64,000 bases of DNA, taken from the NCBI GenBank assembly GCA_013115145.1, contig JAAPAO010000136.1, positions 1-64,000 on the forward strand, read 5' to 3'. The stretch is from Perkinsus chesapeaki ATCC PRA-425 (taxonomy: Eukaryota; Protista; Perkinsozoa). How positions within the stretch are numbered: the first letter of the stretch is position 1; the number at the start of each line of letters is the position of its first letter. This document shows positions 50,212 through 64,000 of the stretch, piece after piece. The translations under genes were made by a program, and so were the position numbers. The notes below the pieces were generated by a model. The model was not told the DNA's origin, did no database searches, and worked only from the letters and a program-made list of their open reading frames with translations.

Positions 50212-53200
50212 TCATATAGCAGACTCATGGACATCATCGTTTCCGTCATCAGATAGCCCCAACTCCTCCGGCACTTCCCCCGGCACCGGAGGAAGACTTG
50301 GCACCACCTCGGGCGGAGTAGGCGGGAGCTGACGTCTGTCAAGATATTGTCGGGCAACTACTCCTGTAGAAGTCTGAGGCCTCCGATCCCTCCTTCGCCG
50401 TCCCGAATCCTCTCTCGAATGACCTTCTCGATTGGCCCGGCTAAACACACCCGTCAACACCAGACCACACTGATGGTGGCCCACCTATGGCTGCTGTGGG
50501 ACGTACTCGGTCTCCTACCGCCCCCCACCGCTGGAGACCCTTCCCTTAAGATGTATATCTCAGATATAACTTCCTTCAAACCCTTCACCAGCTCATCCAC
50601 TCGCCTTTCTTTATCAGCAAGTTCCCTTCTAAGTCTCGCGCGTTCTACCTGGAACATCAACGAAGCAGAGAGCCGTTCAACCACCCAGAGGGACCACTGG
50701 AAATAAGCGCGATGGTCTCAGTAACAGTATCCTAACCGATCCATCTGAGCCAGGGCATTCACTTTTCAACTGCCCTCACTTCACCGCTAACATTTTCTTT
50801 CTCTTTTCCGATTGTCCCACTGTCAGTTACCTCCGATGGCTCATGTCTTCTTCTCCTCTGGCTTCGTGGCCTCCCCCTCCTCCGGTCACCCTCCCCTGTA
50901 GCCGGCCTTTGCCTACTATGACTTCTCGCCTGCCTCGGTATTGCAGTCTGTGGGCGTTGAATCGATGAGGGGCGTCGAGTAGCCTCCAAGACAGCCCTCA
51001 GAGTAGTTACTTCAGGACTGTCTGCGGTCATCTGATCCCACCCATCTACTTGAGCTCCTTCTCAAGCCCCACTTTATCATGATCATAGAAATCCTCCAAT
51101 TCCGCATCGCTCCGCTCGTCTTCCACATTTTCTAATGGTGCTCTCTCCACCCAAACCGTGTCATTCTAACGTTCATCGAATTGGGATTCGGAGCCATCAG
51201 CCTACCAACGCCGCGGGCTCCCCATTCTCGGCCTTCACTAACTTCTCCAAATATCTCCGAAGAACCTGCAATCGTCATTCCCGCCAAGACGCTACCGAGT
51301 GGTACCAGCTCGCAGTCAGCATCCATGGCAGGCAGGCCCAGAAGCTCAGATATGCCTGAGTCATTGGCCTCGACCACTGCGAGTAGGTCAAGATGCTCCA
51401 TCCAGGAGGGAAGGGAATACTCCTCCCCACAGAGGTCTTGGATTAATCTGTGCGCATCCAGGTTCGATCCCGGCACCTCACACTTTTCCACCTATTTAGC
51501 TCCCTAATAATTTCACTTTCTTCCCCATCTTCATCCACTGTGAAGCGTGCCCGGCCAACCCCTACATCTCGAGCCAAGAGCGTCGAGACTTCCGGCTGCA
51601 GCGAACTAACCCTCCACACCGGAAAGTGGCCTACCCCTCCCGATCTCTCTGGCTCCGTCGACTTTGCTATCTCAAGCAACCGCCTGACCTACCATGACTC
51701 ATCTACAATTTGACGGAAGTGTGGTACGAAACATCGCTGTATATCTTGTATTGGAATATCATTGGCATCATCTCCAAAGGGCTCCTCAAGCTCCACGCAG
51801 ATCCTATCTAGTCCGGTGAAGCCCACAACACAAAGTGTCGCAAAGATCATAGCAGGAGCCCTGGCAAAGACCAGACAATCGGGCCATATCAGCTAGTAGT
51901 ACCATCTGTCAAGAGAATGGGAGATTTCCATGGGCATCAAAAAGACAATACCGAGAATCAACAAGGACATCATTTGTGCAAAGGGGAACGGGAATGGCAC
52001 CATAGCGATTTTCCACGCCTGAGGGAAGCGCCCTCGAATTCGCAAACAGGCGGCGACCCAATCGACCTGGTTGAAGCCGAGCATGCCCGTGGAGGTCTCC
52101 TGGAAGACCCTGCTCAGAATTGGCGGAGGTATAGCCAGCAGGTCCCCCTCGCTTGCCGCTGTCATTATCCCTTCGGTGATCCACTGACACACCAGTAATA
52201 TATCATCTGCACTTTGCAGTGTGGCATTCTCGTGCTCAGTGAGCTCCCCGATAACCTGCCCTATTCTACCCATACCTCATACCGACTTTTCCTCTACTAC
52301 CTCTAGATATGAGCATGACTCACTATAATCCAAGATGCATGCTTTTACACTTCCATTCCCGTCATTCCTGACTAGGCTTCATCCACACATCCACAAACTA
52401 CTACTACATTTCAATGGCCTCATTCTCCTCATCACCAACTGATCTGTACCTACAAAGGAGGTCATCCAACCTCCAACGGTGACAGGGTTTCCAGCTTGAC
52501 TCCTATGTTGGCAAACTTATATCACACTTATAAAAAGTCTAAAGATCCTTGTGACAAGAGGCATTACTCCAGTCACACTGCTCAACAGGAGAAACCGTTC
52601 CTCCGGAAGAACATACACTGATAACGTTATTAATTATTGATGTCATCTATTATTAGAAATAATACTCTATATCTAACTTAGCACTGTAACAACATTAAAA
52701 GGATATAAATACATAAAATGAAATGGAATACCAGCTCAGCCCGGAGGAGCGACACTGTCCTATAATATATCAATAAAGCCTGCCGGATAATAACGGAGTA
52801 TCAAATACTGCTTACCTAACTCCAATATACGTGGAGATATCTTCTGGTTCACCACTAGGATTCTCCAAAGCTCTCATTGCTAAAGCTGTTGCCAAAGAAA
52901 ACCAATGTATAATTCTGGAAGGCACCGGTGTATTGCCGCCGTCTATCAATCCCTATTACTTATATCGGAACTTCTCCGACCGTTGCTGCAACTTTCCGAA
53001 ATGTGCCCCGCCCTGCTGCCTCCTTAGGGTGGCATTCGAGAACGCTATCAACTGAGAGCGGACTCAATCGAACAATTTTCTCTTTTCTTCGCTGACCTAT
53101 TACTGAGTTTTCGATTCCCACGGTCAGCGCAAAACCAGAGGAAATCCCTACGATCCATATCTCCGCCTATCAAGCGCCGACTACTTATAGACAGGGTGCC

Positions 53201-54192
53201 AAGACCACCCCCTGCTAGATAAATCAATAGTGCGATTCCAGCTGTATCGCATTTTACGTGTGAAAAGCAGTTCTGGAATCGATTCTGAGTAGGTTCTGAA
53301 CCTATCGATCTATTGAATGACCGTCATGTCTCTAGCCTATTAAAGCTTCCCGACGCCGATACCCATTACGACTGAGCCACTCCTCCCCGACCGATATATT
53401 ACCAATGAGAAACCATCACTCCACTTAAACATCAGCTGCCTTATACTCGTCACTCCTTCCCAATACCTCTGTAATGCCATATTAGTACGGAACACCACCA
53501 TATACCCCAATATAGTACCATATATCTGAATAGCAACAAGAGAGAACCGTGAGGCTTTTGAGCAATGAGAGATGTAATTCATAGAGATTCGTCAACAACG
53601 CCTCTCCACAAGCCACGATCGTCCTCCTGAATCTTCATATCGATCCTATTCTACCTCCGCACCGGGAAGATATTTTCTACCAATATTTTCCCACTGGAAA
53701 CGAATTTTGCTTTTATATGGCCGGACGCTATCCTAGCGGAACCTATCTCCAAATTCGAAGCCTGCTAAGACACGTCCCGAGTTGCATCTCCTCTTCCCTC
53801 TGACCTGCAAGGCGAATGGCTTCTCCATCAGTATGTGCTGATTCAGAAAATCAACATAGACGAACAATGCAGCGATACCACAGGCAATAATGGCATATAT
53901 AACAATCTGAAATACGAAAACGCAAATCAGCTAATGCGTTCCTGTGTTCCACGCGTGTGACCGGACGCCGGCGACTTGACGACACATGGCGGAAACTTCG
54001 GTGATTTCCCTGGTCGATTCCTTACGAAGATTTGGTGATAAGAAACAGCAACGACGAGGGAAATGCATGCTTCAACGTAAGATATCCCTCCTTTCCCCAC
54101 ACCTGCCAAACCGCTAGTACCCCTGAATACGGCGATCCTGTCCACCTGAGCACAAGCCTCAGAGAGCTCTCCCTGTTGTCATACTCTATCAT
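50212..54192 (-). CDS. Bestrophin-like (RFP-TM/UPF0187) channel with long C-terminal tail, multi-exon
   Basis: MIEYDNRE start; GYMVVFRTNMALQRYWEG; IPPPILSRVFQE...KIAMVPFPFPFAQM; downstream exons encode a low-complexity/coiled-coil tail ending DDVHESAI*. That the tail belongs to the same gene is inferred. Confidence 0.7.
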
Positions 54193-54604
54193 GATCTAAC
54201 AACTCTCCATCAATTGAAGGTAACAACTCAAACCAAGCATGATATCAATTATCCATTCTGCGATCTATACACACAAACCCTCAAGCTGCTTTCAAGAGAG
54301 CTATTCAGATTATTAAAGGCTAGAACGATTTGCAGATAAGTGAAGAGTTAACAACAACACCAGATGGAAAGATTCCCTTCCAGTTTGGTTTTTGCTGCTA
54401 GCGGTGTGATTCCGATGCGTATTAGCACCAGAAACTTAAAGACAATGAGGGGCAACAGATGATATCTTACTGGATAAAGTAATATATAAGAAAACCTCTA
54501 AACCCCACCAATTAAGATAGTATTATTAATGGTATTATCAACATCAATCCCAAATGGGACTTTGTAAGCTACTGCAACGTGGCGTCTACTGCTAAACATC
54601 ACAA

Positions 54605-56071
54605 TTATTGTCTTTTCTCGATGACATCACCCCGAGTTAAAGGCAATCTCTCCCTATTAGAAGGGACTCCAGGAGCAGGCTTCCTCTCGGCAGGTGATAC
54701 GACCAAGGGAGCGTTTAAAGGGGCTAATAATTCCGATACCTAAAGGAAAGAGACATCACCGAAAACACTACGGAAAGAATTAGCCTACAGGTTCCTTTTC
54801 GTGTAGGCCAAAAGGCAGTTTAACAACTTCATCATAGAGAAGCTCGCCATAGATCAGCATGACAAAGCCGACCAACTGTAGGATGGACCACGCCGTGAGA
54901 GGCTCACCAAGACCCTCACCGGGAGCGGCATAGAACCTGACAATAGGAATGAGTTGGATGAACACGCGGATACTTTAAGGTGAATCAATAGGTGTAGTCT
55001 ACACAGTTAGTTCCATTATACTAGAGTTACTAGAAATATAAAGTACTATTGGAAAGAATATATAAACCTATGTGCACACGGGAGGGGATTCTAGAGAAAA
55101 TTATCATTCTGAAGCGCCCTGTTAAAGGTAATAAGAATAGTAGGAGTGTAGGAGTACACTTACATAATGACAGATACGATCCAGATAAGGATGGTCCTGG
55201 TGGCATCGAGGAAGGTGTGATGAACCGCAGAAGCAGTAGCAGTAACCATAACACCACAGAGATTGAATACAAACACCGAGATGACAAAAGATATTGTCAA
55301 CCACATAAGGGTAGATGAATGTCCCAGCATTATAAAGGAATCTTTGGTGTTCTCAATAACACCACCAACATCACCACCATGGATAGCTCCAACTATGGGG
55401 AGAGCGACGGCAACCATGAAAATGGTGCCCCAGAAACCCTCAAGGCCGACAAGGGCCACCGGGGAAACGTCATGCGGAGGCTTCAAAAGGAACTCTTCGA
55501 TAACGTATTGAGCGGCACAGACAACCTGACCGCCTACGATGAAGCAGATACCGAGGAGGAGCTTGCCGAGACTGACCACTTGTGTCTGGTTTTCACGAGA
55601 GGCAACGCTGGATAGACCGACAAAGACCAACGCAATGACGCAAATGATAACACCGGCCCAATTATGACGGTACATCTTACGATGGAGGAAGAGAACCGAA
55701 AGGGCAGCAGAGAAGATAAGGATACTTCCCTTAAGCATTTGGAACACCGAAACGGGAGTGTAGACGAGACCAATGGCTTGGAAGGAAGAACCAAGGAGAT
55801 CGAACATGGAGGGTATCGCCACCACGAAGAGAACACGCTTGTTGACCTTATCGTGCTTAATTTTACGCATCCACAGCAAAAGATAGTAGACAGGTAGGGC
55901 CAGGAACATGGCAACAAACATAACCAGACTCATGAACCAAGGCTTCTCGAAAAGATGGTATATACCATCAATGCCGATGGCACCGGTTTGAAACTGGAGC
56001 TTCTCTACAATGGAGTTAGCTGAACCAGCCAATAGGCCTATGGTGAATACTATGGCAAAAGTGCTCCACAT
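54605..56071 (-). CDS. DMT-superfamily transporter, SLC35F6-like
   Basis: About 10 TM segments; FEKPWFMSLVMFVAM, SVFQMLKGSILIFSA, VGLEGFWG, LDATRTILIW, GEPLTAWSILQLVGF. Confidence 0.8.
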
Positions 56072-56237
56072 TGTACAGGAGGCAGAAGGATTATATTAAA
56101 TAGCAACCTATAGAGAAGCGTGTTGCTGTGGCATTTATTACTAGCCCTGTGTAGCTCGATCACTTGCTCTCTTACCAAGACTTGCATTTCCTCAACGGTA
56201 ATACTGAACTGCGCAGATCATCTTCTTTATCGTTGAA

Positions 56238-60145
<3,908 letters not shown>

Positions 60146-60248
60146 TCGTTACTGCTGCCAGTACGTTACATTACGTGTTAAATTTCCCGAGTAAAGATTT
60201 GTCGTGTTAAAAAGTTCAAAAGATTCCCGGAGGTTAGATTGACAGACA

Positions 60249-61023
60249 ATGTCAAATACAGACAGGCAAGAGTTGAGTGAGAATTGCAAGTCGAACGCAG
60301 AAGAGGAAGATGACGAACAGTTTAAGCGAGCGATGGAACTTGTCGAAAGGAGGCTTCGAGACCTGTAAGGGACTTATTAACTGGGTTTTCGTACTGCTAT
60401 TATTAACTACGTGTCTATTATATTCGATACATATTTATCATGCCACCAGTTTATGCAGCCATTTGATAAAGTAGTGGTGGTGGTGGTTTCAATGGTGAAT
60501 GTGGAAGTGTCCATGCATGATCTTGTGAACCCTTGTAAACCAATTTGGTTCTCCACATCTATCTTTGGCTCATAATCGCAATTCATCTCTCAGTGATGCC
60601 GACTACGAAGCGACCCTAGCAGCCGAGAAGCCTAAAGACTCGGACCCACCAGAGGACCTAGGGTAAGGGCCTGTTCAATTGGTTGATTATATATTCTCAT
60701 TCAGATACGGTTTACTTCGCAGCGAGAGTTGCTCGAGCTCAGAGGATGATGGCTTTGGTGCATTTACAAGTGGTGAAGTCTTGGACGAGCCTGCTGATGC
60801 CCAGCAAAGTCAGCCAACAGTTATCCATCCCAAACCGTAGGTCGTCTTATTGGTAAGGCAAATGATACTGACTATTAGGATGTCGTCGGAGAAGCGCGAG
60901 CGAATCAAGCAAGCCATGGCTGAGATGCCAAAGCCACCGATGCCCGAGTGGGCTCGTGCTTTAAGTGATGAAGAGTTCCTTAGAGCTGTCCTCTCGGACG
61001 GTGGCCATCGTAAAGGCCAATAG
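60249..61023 (+). CDS. Small acidic protein with MEA1-like C-terminal motif, 4 exons
   Basis: Spliced ORF from ATG 60249 to TAG 61021-61023; C-terminus KRERIKQAMAEMPKPPMPEWARALSDEEF resembles the MEA1 motif (recalled, not searched). Confidence 0.5.
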
Positions 61024-61199
61024 ATCTCCCAATGGTTTTCATACAAAGTGTGTCATACTTTATGTTGTGTTATACAGTAAGGATAAAGACGAGGGTTCCC
61101 AACGACACGAAATTCACCGTATTCGCTTATCAACACTTTGAGGAGCCCAGAGGGTTTCAGGACAGCTTCGTACTAGTTAAAGCAACACAGTAAAGACGC

Positions 61200-62791
61200 T
61201 CAGAAACGAACAGAAACATTATCGAACGACATGACACGGTTGTTGGGGACGAGGAGCACATCGATGGAGTATGGCTCAACCTTCACCTCACGGAGAGCAG
61301 TGTAATCATGCAGAGCCATCGAACGAAGTAGCTCATCGACCTGAAAGATACTCAGCTATTAGAGGTTGCGCACTGTGAAGGATACCTGAGATTGGTAGCG
61401 AGGCTGCTGGGCTACCTCGGCCATTTCGAATTCAACGCATCTTTTTAATTTTCTCAAATCCTTCAAATTCATACTTGCCAGTTGATTGAAGCTTGGGGAG
61501 GATAAATAGCTTATCTGGAATGCCGCCAAAACCATTGCCGCCGACTCGGATGGAAGAGCCGTTGAAGGCTCCCTATTTGGCAGCAGATCTCCGATGCTCG
61601 GGATGGTACCATCACTGAGGTCCCAGCCCATGAACCGCAAGCCATAGAGGAAGAAGGCCTCGTAGGTGATCTTCGACCCAACAAGAGCTGTTGTTGTTGC
61701 TATAGGGCAGGACAGTCGGAAACAGTCGGCTATGAAACGCAACTGATAGAGCGGAAATTCTTAATGCCGCCGGGAACTTGTTACATAGGATCCTGTACTC
61801 CACCCTCGACCGTTCCGGCCCTGATCCTCATTAGTCATATTAACCCTTTTCAATAAGCCACTGTGCCTGTACGGTACGAGAGATATCGAATGTAGAGCCA
61901 ACAGGAAGGACTCCTGATCTGTGTCTCTGACCAACCTGAGAACACCTATGTGTGGTGCCTCGTCGGTCGGTTACCTGTTCGCCAAATCCTCTATCTCCGA
62001 GTCTAGATCAGCCCCACCTCCTCGTTGCGCTCTGCACCTTATATAAAGCAACTGAGCTCTCACTTCTGGTGAAGATACTCCAGCGGCAGACGGCAGTCGA
62101 GCCTCAAGCTGAGGCGAGCGAATGGCCATCTGTCAGAGTGATGGACACCATGCAAGCTCCACGGGATACCTTAGCCAACCCGAAGACGATACCAACAAGT
62201 CCCCGCGTGTCCAGCCGTCGGCCTCCAGAGCTCGTCTCTAGCAGCTGCACTGCTCGATCGATGACCTTCCTCCAGATCTCCATGTCTCTCACTTCTGTCC
62301 GATACCTGCGCCGAATACCGCATCCGAAAAGCCTTCGTTCTCACAGTGCTGTCGACATGAGCGGCAAGTCCCTTCCTTTAAAGTCAGATGCCAAAGCACA
62401 ACCGACACACTCAGCCACCAATGACCTTATGCAGGCCATGTCCGCTTTAGTCACATCATAGTTCACCGCGGCTGCAGCTCCCAACGCCACATGGGCCAAG
62501 GCCGTTGGGGACAGCGGAGTTGTGTGCATTCCAGGAGCCTGATCTCCCTTGAGACCTACTCAAGTGAGCATACTCCCTCCTACTCTACCAGAGGTTACCT
62601 CTATCGTTGAGATACCAAACAACATCCATGATTCTCACAGGCGTCTTCCTGTCCCCGAATTGTGTAGTGGTTAAATGCCTCAATAGAAGCGATAGTGTTT
62701 CGATGTCAGGTCGGTTGGCGTCCAGAAATGCCCGAAGAGTCCCTCCCGTCCGAGCCTCGTGGTGAACGTACTTCCTCAAAAACCTTGCCAT
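61200..62791 (-). CDS. Helical-repeat (HPR/OPR/FAST-like) protein with apparently truncated RAP domain, multi-exon
   Basis: Repeat-like segments FKGRDLPLMSTAL, LDTRGLVGIVFGLAKV, MNLKDLRKLKRC; C-terminus REVKVEPYSIDVLLVP...RF*. Confidence 0.5.
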
Positions 62792-62891
62792 GTCCTTCGG
62801 CAACTACCATTCCTCTCGTCACTTTTTAAACACAATAATCTCCCATAGGCGGCAATGGTAGAATAAATTTTACGTAAAGGCAAGCAAAGTG

Positions 62892-63970
62892 TCATCCAAA
62901 CATATCAACTTCTTCATCTTCTTTCTTTTTTTCCTCGGTGGCATTCAGCACCTTCGAACTCTTCACAAACGTCATTCGGAAGGGGTTGCTGGAGGTAACG
63001 CTCGGCTTGCTGGCTCCACTGGCCACTTCCATCATCCTCTTTTCCATCAATGACCTCGGTGCTGGACCAGAGGCTGCCTCGGATGCATACCCTAGACCAG
63101 GCCGGGCTGCCTCCGCCTCCACACCACCAAAGGAACCGTCAGGATCTGTAACAGCGCTGGGATTCGAACCCGATACCGGAGGCTTACTCATGTTGAGATT
63201 CCTGATCTCCCTGTTGGCCTCTGTTTCCTCAGTCCTCTCAAGCATCTCCAACTCTCTCTCCTCCTTCCTCAACTTCGCTTCCCGCAATCCTTCCTTCCAT
63301 CCTGTGTAACCCTCCAATCGTCTTTTGCGTTCCCGCAGCAAAGCCGATCGATCCTAACAGCACCAATCCTCAGAGGAGCCGCGGGCCATCACCAGCTTTG
63401 TATTTCACGTAATAACAGCTCACCGCGAGACGAACCATACAAGAGTTCTACGAGACCATCTAAACCCATCGTTCCATGTCCATGCCCCCCCACCAGTACC
63501 TGGTACATCTGCGCCCGAGCCTTCTCTCCTTCACGTTCATCTTCCGTCTTACTAAATATTTTCTTTCTAGCATAATTGCTATGCATACCGAATGCCCCTC
63601 CACTGGTCTCGACTACCGGCTGGGCCACAGCCTCCTGCTCATCATTCTGCCCTGTTGCTGGATCCCTCACATCGCACCGCATAAAACACCTCCTCCCCAG
63701 TTGTATTTGCCCTCCCCTATTCTTAATATTAATTTTTTCTCCTCTGTCCAGCTCCCTACCGTCCACTATAACCAATCCATGCAAGGCCTGCAGCTGAAAA
63801 CAATGCTGCTTCTTGCTCCAGGACACTCTACACTGTTTCGTCTGATGCAGATCGCTGAACTGGCTAAGGTCAGGTATATGTCTGCCCAGGTCCCCACCGA
63901 CTGTATCGACCCTCAAGATCTTCTCCGCTCTCTCCCAGGGGGCATCTAAGTTCTCTAAATACGTTCTCAT
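62892..63970 (-). CDS. FHA-like domain protein with charged low-complexity C-terminus; 5' end may extend beyond the window
   Basis: GR-containing beta-rich segment (DLGRHIPDL...FQLQALHGLVIVDGREL...QIQLG) in ORF 63389-63970; last exon ORF 62892-63341. Confidence 0.45.
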
Positions 63971-64000
63971 TTGATCATTCTCATCCGCCCCCGCCTCTGG

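Noticed and set aside
51458-51478. tRNA T-arm-like motifs (ccaggttcgatcccgg here; gggttcgaatccc on the minus strand near 63160)
   Set aside because: Both lie in coding exons (GSN-encoding codons), stems do not pair and there is no D or anticodon arm.

Overview
Gene-dense, intron-rich eukaryotic DNA. The short GT-AG introns (mostly about 40-60 nt) and gene content suggest a Perkinsus-like alveolate protist (inference, no database search was possible). Recognisable genes: three tandem intronless TM-RING-H2 genes, a mitochondrial-type Era GTPase with a complete tRNA-Arg(ACG) antisense inside one intron, CNOT9/RCD1, CDC48/VCP, msrB, an EF-hand protein, a 16-knuckle CCHC zinc-finger protein, a head-to-head inverted pair of ferric-reductase/NOX-family genes, VPS52, a bestrophin-like channel, an SLC35F6-like transporter, DDX41, an MEA1-like protein, a helical-repeat/RAP-like protein and an FHA-like protein. 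The most notable region is about 11.1-31.8 kb. It holds five co-oriented minus-strand genes plus at least one relic, all with signal-peptide-like N-termini and built from a repeated two-exon module: a short Cys+beta exon (phase 0 to phase 2) followed by a helical exon with a C-x(3-4)-[LIFV]-x-x-[YH]-L motif. I cannot assign this module to any known domain. The two largest paralogs are mosaics of near-identical and highly diverged blocks. There are also 27-, 29- and 45-bp tandem arrays (not CRISPR) and one 98-N assembly gap. Gene models were spliced by hand, so boundaries of multi-exon genes are approximate.
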